A stretch of DNA of 64,000 bases from Promethearchaeota archaeon (lineage in GTDB: Archaea > Asgardarchaeota > Lokiarchaeia > Sigyniarchaeales > SOKP01): assembly GCA_016839745.1 (NCBI GenBank), contig JAEOTS010000080.1, positions 1 to 64,000 on the forward strand, given 5' to 3'. The position numbers and the translations under genes are program-made. The notes under the pieces are model-generated. The model ran no database searches. It saw only the letters and a program-made list of their open reading frames with translations, and had not been told where the DNA came from. Positions 60,273 through 64,000 of the stretch are shown here, one piece after another. How positions within the stretch are numbered: position 1 is the stretch's first letter; each line of letters starts with the position of its first letter.

Positions 60273-60992
60273 ATGACTTTGCATTCTGAAGAGGAGGAAA
60301 AAAATCCAACCTGTCACCAATGTGATAGTTTTAAATATTGTGTTATTGGCAGAGTGAATAACAAAAAAGATAACTGTCCAATGAAGATTTCTCCAGAAAT
60401 TGAGAAAGAAGCTCTTGAATTGTACGAAAAAGATGATTTCGTAAAAAAATCGACTGGCGTAGCTTCTATTGTAGAAGCTAAAGGATATATTAAATGGCCG
60501 AGATTAAAAGATACAATTGAATACGCTAAAGGAATGGGTTATAGCAAATTAGGTTTAGCATTCTGTGTAGGATTACACGCTGAAGCAGAAGAAATTGCTA
60601 AGATTTTAATTGATTATGGTTTTAAGGTTGTATCGGTTTGCTGTAAAACAGGTAGCGTCCCAAAAACAAAAGTAGGCGTCCCTGAGGAATATACAATGTT
60701 TTCTAAGACGGGATACCCTATCGGAACGATTACTTGTAATCCTGCAGCCCAAGCATTGTTATTTAATAAGACTAAAACAGACCTAAATATTATAATCGGT
60801 TTATGCGTAGGACACGATATAACCTTTACTCATTTATCTAACGCACCAGTTACTACATTAATCGCAAAAGATAGATCCTCGCCTCATAATCCAGCCGCGT
60901 GTTTGCTCAATCACTATGGCAAAACTTTCTTTTCAATGGATCTTAGTGAGATGAAACGGGAAGAATTTGAAAAGAAGAAGAAAACTGGATAA
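60273..60992 (+). CDS. DUF1847 family metal-binding protein
   Basis: GLAFCVGL, SVCCKTG, CNPAAQA, GLCVGHD, KDR...HNP. Confidence 0.85.
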   Translation: MTLHSEEEEKNPTCHQCDSFKYCVIGRVNNKKDNCPMKISPEIEKEALELYEKDDFVKKSTGVASIVEAKGYIKWPRLKDTIEYAKGMGYSKLGLAFCVGLHAEAEEIAKILIDYGFKVVSVCCKTGSVPKTKVGVPEEYTMFSKTGYPIGTITCNPAAQALLFNKTKTDLNIIIGLCVGHDITFTHLSNAPVTTLIAKDRSSPHNPAACLLNHYGKTFFSMDLSEMKREEFEKKKKTG

Positions 60993-61032
60993 ATTTACAC
61001 TTAAGATTGCACATTTATGTCCTAATCATAAT

Positions 61033-61047
61033 AAAAAGGCTTATATA
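61033..61047 (+). promoter_or_regulatory. Candidate archaeal BRE/TATA promoter for the MFS gene
   Basis: aaaaaggCTTATATA about 60 nt upstream of ATG 61105; weak evidence in AT-rich DNA. Confidence 0.35.
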
Positions 61048-61104
61048 TTCGAAGGTAGAGATAGATATAAAAATTTAATTTGGATAATAAAGTGATAATT
61101 TGTA

Positions 61105-62559
61105 ATGAATGAAACTAGTACTTTTACTGAATCTCTCGAAACAAGACATTCAAGATGGACTTTTCTTTCCAACGCTTTCGGTCTACTTTGCTCTACATTA
61201 ATAGGTGCTATTCAAGGGTTTACGCTTTTCTATTATGAAGCTGTTGTTGGATTAAATGCAACACTAGTCGCTATCGCCATGTTTCTCTTTTTGGTGTATA
61301 ATGCAGTGAATGACCCTATTTTCGGTTTTTTAATCGATCGGAATTTGAGATTTACGAGAAAATGGGGAAGACGATTTCCGTGGATCGTCATAGGCATCGT
61401 CCCTTGGGTCTTTTCCGTCTTTCTTCTCTTTTCAGTCCCAAATACCATCGATGGTTCTACGAATCCTGGGGCTGCTTTTGGGTGGCTATTACTATCATTG
61501 GCTTTACTTGACACCTTTGGCACGCTTGTGAATATTAATTACAAGACAATTCAAATAGAAAAATTTCGGACAGAGTACGAGCGTAATAGGTTCACAAAAT
61601 ATTATGCACCTCTCGACATCTTAGCTATTATCCTTGGAATGTTATTACCTCCTCTTTTTACTGATATGATTCCTGGCGATGCAAGAGCCAGTTATAGCAT
61701 GATGGCAGCGATACTCGCCGTAATAGCTCTTATTTTCGGTATTTTGTCTCTTCCTGGTAACCGTGAGGACAAAATTATGATTGATAGGCATTATTCACCC
61801 GAGTCTGTGAAGCGAATGAATTTTTTTAAAGCCTTTAAAGAAGCTATAAAAACGAAGAGTTTCGTGGTATGGTTTATATTTGGAATATGTAATGGAATAT
61901 GGATAGCCCTTGTCGTAACAAACATGTTGTATATAACAACTTTTGTCTTACAGGTTGGTGGCGATATGTTTCTTGTTATTTTAGGTTTAAATCTCGTAGG
62001 TACTTTGATATCTATTCCTATTTGGCTCAGGTATATCAGGAAAACAAACAATAATAAGAAAGCGTTCGTGGTTGCGGGTCTCTTATCATGTGTTGCGACA
62101 TTTCCATTGACATTCTTTCAGGGCCTTATTGATATAATAATCATGGCATTCATTCTTGGTCTAGCCCAGGGAGGCTTAAACTCATACATATACACTATAG
62201 TCGGTCCGAGTGTGACTGAGGATGTTATTGTTAAGATGGGAAAAAATCAAAAAGGAGTTCTCTTAGGGATTTCTGCAATGCTTCTTCGGCTTGTTGCATA
62301 TATTGACGAGGTTATTATTGCGGTCGTTCATGATACCACTGGGTTTATAGCAGGCAATGATACTTATGCGGACATGTTAGCAGCAGTTACACTTGCTGGT
62401 GGTGATATAAATTTAGTACTTATAGGTATTCGCCTTATCCAAGGTGTCATTCCAGGTGTGGTTTTACTCATAGGAGTTCTGGTTTTTTGGAAATTCTTCC
62501 CTATAACTCAAGAAAAGTTATTAAGTAATAAAGCTAAGATGCTAGAACTCGGATTTTAA
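61105..62559 (+). CDS. MFS transporter, GPH (Na+/melibiose symporter-like) family
   Basis: YNAVNDPIFGFLIDR...WGRRFPW motif; about 12 TM. Confidence 0.9.
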   Translation: MNETSTFTESLETRHSRWTFLSNAFGLLCSTLIGAIQGFTLFYYEAVVGLNATLVAIAMFLFLVYNAVNDPIFGFLIDRNLRFTRKWGRRFPWIVIGIVPWVFSVFLLFSVPNTIDGSTNPGAAFGWLLLSLALLDTFGTLVNINYKTIQIEKFRTEYERNRFTKYYAPLDILAIILGMLLPPLFTDMIPGDARASYSMMAAILAVIALIFGILSLPGNREDKIMIDRHYSPESVKRMNFFKAFKEAIKTKSFVVWFIFGICNGIWIALVVTNMLYITTFVLQVGGDMFLVILGLNLVGTLISIPIWLRYIRKTNNNKKAFVVAGLLSCVATFPLTFFQGLIDIIIMAFILGLAQGGLNSYIYTIVGPSVTEDVIVKMGKNQKGVLLGISAMLLRLVAYIDEVIIAVVHDTTGFIAGNDTYADMLAAVTLAGGDINLVLIGIRLIQGVIPGVVLLIGVLVFWKFFPITQEKLLSNKAKMLELGF

Positions 62560-62570
62560 TAGTTTAAAAA

Positions 62571-62588
62571 TTTTTTTTTTTCTTTTTT
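62571..62588 (+). terminator. Oligo-T tract downstream of the MFS gene
   Basis: T11-c-T6 starting 12 nt after the stop. Confidence 0.4.
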
Positions 62589-62762
62589 AATAGGAACAAT
62601 CTTGTTTCTAAATCGTAATTACCAACGATCAATACAACTGACACGATACTCCCGACGATCTATTCCATTGGGGATTGGTAATTTTTTCGTTATCTTACTA
62701 GGTAGAACATGTATTTGCTAAAGAAATAAATTTTAATACTTCATACTATTTTATTTATTAAT

Positions 62763-62936
62763 TTTGATGGGATGGAAATGATTGATAACAAGGCTGTAGT
62801 GAACCAAGACAGCTGTCTTGGTTGTGGAAGGTGTATGGAAGCCTGCCCTAACGAGGGCATCACTATAACCATTACAGATCTTAGTTACATTGATAAACTG
62901 ATTAAAGATTTAGAAGCTCACATCGAAGTAAGCTGA
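62763..62936 (+). pseudogene. 3' remnant of a 4Fe-4S dicluster protein (or a 54-aa single-motif ferredoxin)
   Basis: FDGMEMIDNKAVVNQDSCLGCGRCMEACPNEGITITITDLSYIDKLIKDLEAHIEVS aligns with the C-terminus of the 63488..64000 protein, but the first Cys motif is missing. Confidence 0.6.
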
Positions 62937-62981
62937 TTTATAACGTTTAATCACAATAAAATATTTTTGAGGAAATGAAAA

Positions 62982-63431
62982 ATGCATGAATTTTCAATGG
63001 TGAATCAAATATTTAAGAGGTGTTTAGAAGTGGCAAGACAAAATAACGCCACCAAAATTAGCGAAATCAATATTGAAGTGGGAGATTTCGCATTAATTGT
63101 AGAAATATACGCTCAACAAGCTTTTGACATCTTAAAAAAAGGAAGTATTGCAGAAAATGCAATATTGGATATTAAACGAACACCTGGTGTGATTCATTGC
63201 AATTCCTGTCAACAAAATTCGAAAATTTGGTTCAGTAAAGAAAAAGAAAAAGCAGCAAATGAAGGAAGATTGGAGAAATATGAAAAGTACGAAAAAGAAG
63301 TTGCTGAAAAATCGTTGCTCGAAGCCGATCCTAATTTAGGAACGAATATTTTTCATTGCCGAAAATGTAACAGTTCTAATACTACTCTAATTGAAGGAAA
63401 AGGAATTGTAATAAAGGGTATTCGAACTTAA
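62982..63431 (+). CDS. hypA: Hydrogenase maturation nickel metallochaperone
   Basis: MHE start, CNSC...CRKC, GKGIVIKGI. Confidence 0.9.
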   Translation: MHEFSMVNQIFKRCLEVARQNNATKISEINIEVGDFALIVEIYAQQAFDILKKGSIAENAILDIKRTPGVIHCNSCQQNSKIWFSKEKEKAANEGRLEKYEKYEKEVAEKSLLEADPNLGTNIFHCRKCNSSNTTLIEGKGIVIKGIRT

Positions 63432-63487
63432 CAATAGAGATGATGAAAGAAGAATTATCTAAAAATATTTAGTTTTTTTTTCTATAA

Positions 63488-64000
63488 TTAAGATACATCT
63501 ACAGAACTTTCAATTCGCTTGATAAATTGATCTAATCTCTTAGGATCATCAAGATTTATATTAATAGCGCCATTTGGACAAACTCGTTCACAACGTCCGC
63601 ATCCTAAACACCTTTTCTGATCGATCACAGCCTTCCCGTTAATGATATTTCTGCCTACGAAGCAACACACATCAAGACAGATACCACATCCGATACACTT
63701 ATCTGAATCTACTTCCACAGTTAACCCCTCCATCCGTTTGAAACTCGTATAAAGCATCGCAGTAGAATTCTGCATTATTTTTCCGTTGATACAGCAGCAG
63801 GGACAACAGAAGCACATGGAAAGGAAATGCCCCGTATCCTCAACGCTAAGCGAAGTTGATTCATAAGCGAATCGACCAAAAGTTGGTACTAATCCACTTT
63901 CTATGGCTTTTTTAACATGTGTTTTTGCTTGTTCTCGAGTTATAAATCGGCCTTTTTCAGGAGCATGTTTTATATTCTTAACATCATCGCCTAAATACAT
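63488..64000 (-). CDS. 4Fe-4S dicluster domain protein (5' end probably outside the window)
   Basis: CFCCPCCC, CIGCGICLDVC, CLGCGRCERVCP. Confidence 0.85.
   Translation of the reverse strand: MYLGDDVKNIKHAPEKGRFITREQAKTHVKKAIESGLVPTFGRFAYESTSLSVEDTGHFLSMCFCCPCCCINGKIMQNSTAMLYTSFKRMEGLTVEVDSDKCIGCGICLDVCCFVGRNIINGKAVIDQKRCLGCGRCERVCPNGAININLDDPKRLDQFIKRIESSVDVS

Noticed and set aside
62590-62720. Possible decayed C-terminal membrane anchor on the minus strand (IVGSIVSVVLIVG)
   Set aside because: Too short and interrupted by stops to support a call

Overview
AT-rich (about 30-35% GC by eye), gene-dense archaeal chromosomal DNA, most likely Asgard/Lokiarchaeia. That assignment is inferred from IPGY/IPFG-type C-terminal membrane anchors, WYTIDGG Ig-like repeat proteins, SDS22-like LRR and TPR proteins, many zinc ribbons, and fwd/hdrB/cooC/hypA genes. 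Metabolic and housekeeping content: korAB, treT with a trehalose/maltose ABC transporter (fused MalF-MalG), fwdGFDBC plus fdhD, hdrB, a MiaB/MtaB-type tRNA methylthiotransferase, a monomeric class II RNR with an ATP-cone, alaX, cooC, hypA. No rRNA, tRNA, CRISPR array or mobile element was recognised. The best candidate for an undescribed system is at 42.2-54.0 kb: two copies of a three-subunit (A/B/C) membrane-anchored left-handed beta-helix (LbH) module. It resembles a split version of the C-terminal polymerase region of epsilon-poly-L-lysine synthetase (Pls/PosA), and only subunit A keeps the HxxE motif. A coupled nitrilase-family amidase, a GH3-like adenylating enzyme and a Rieske oxygenase lie between the two copies. 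Other notable items: a SIR2-TPR protein with near-identical but hypervariable 120-bp repeats near an NDT/TIR-like protein (possible defence locus), LITAF-like and tubby/scramblase-like proteins, and unannotated zinc-finger microproteins. All family calls come from reading motifs by eye; no database searches were run.
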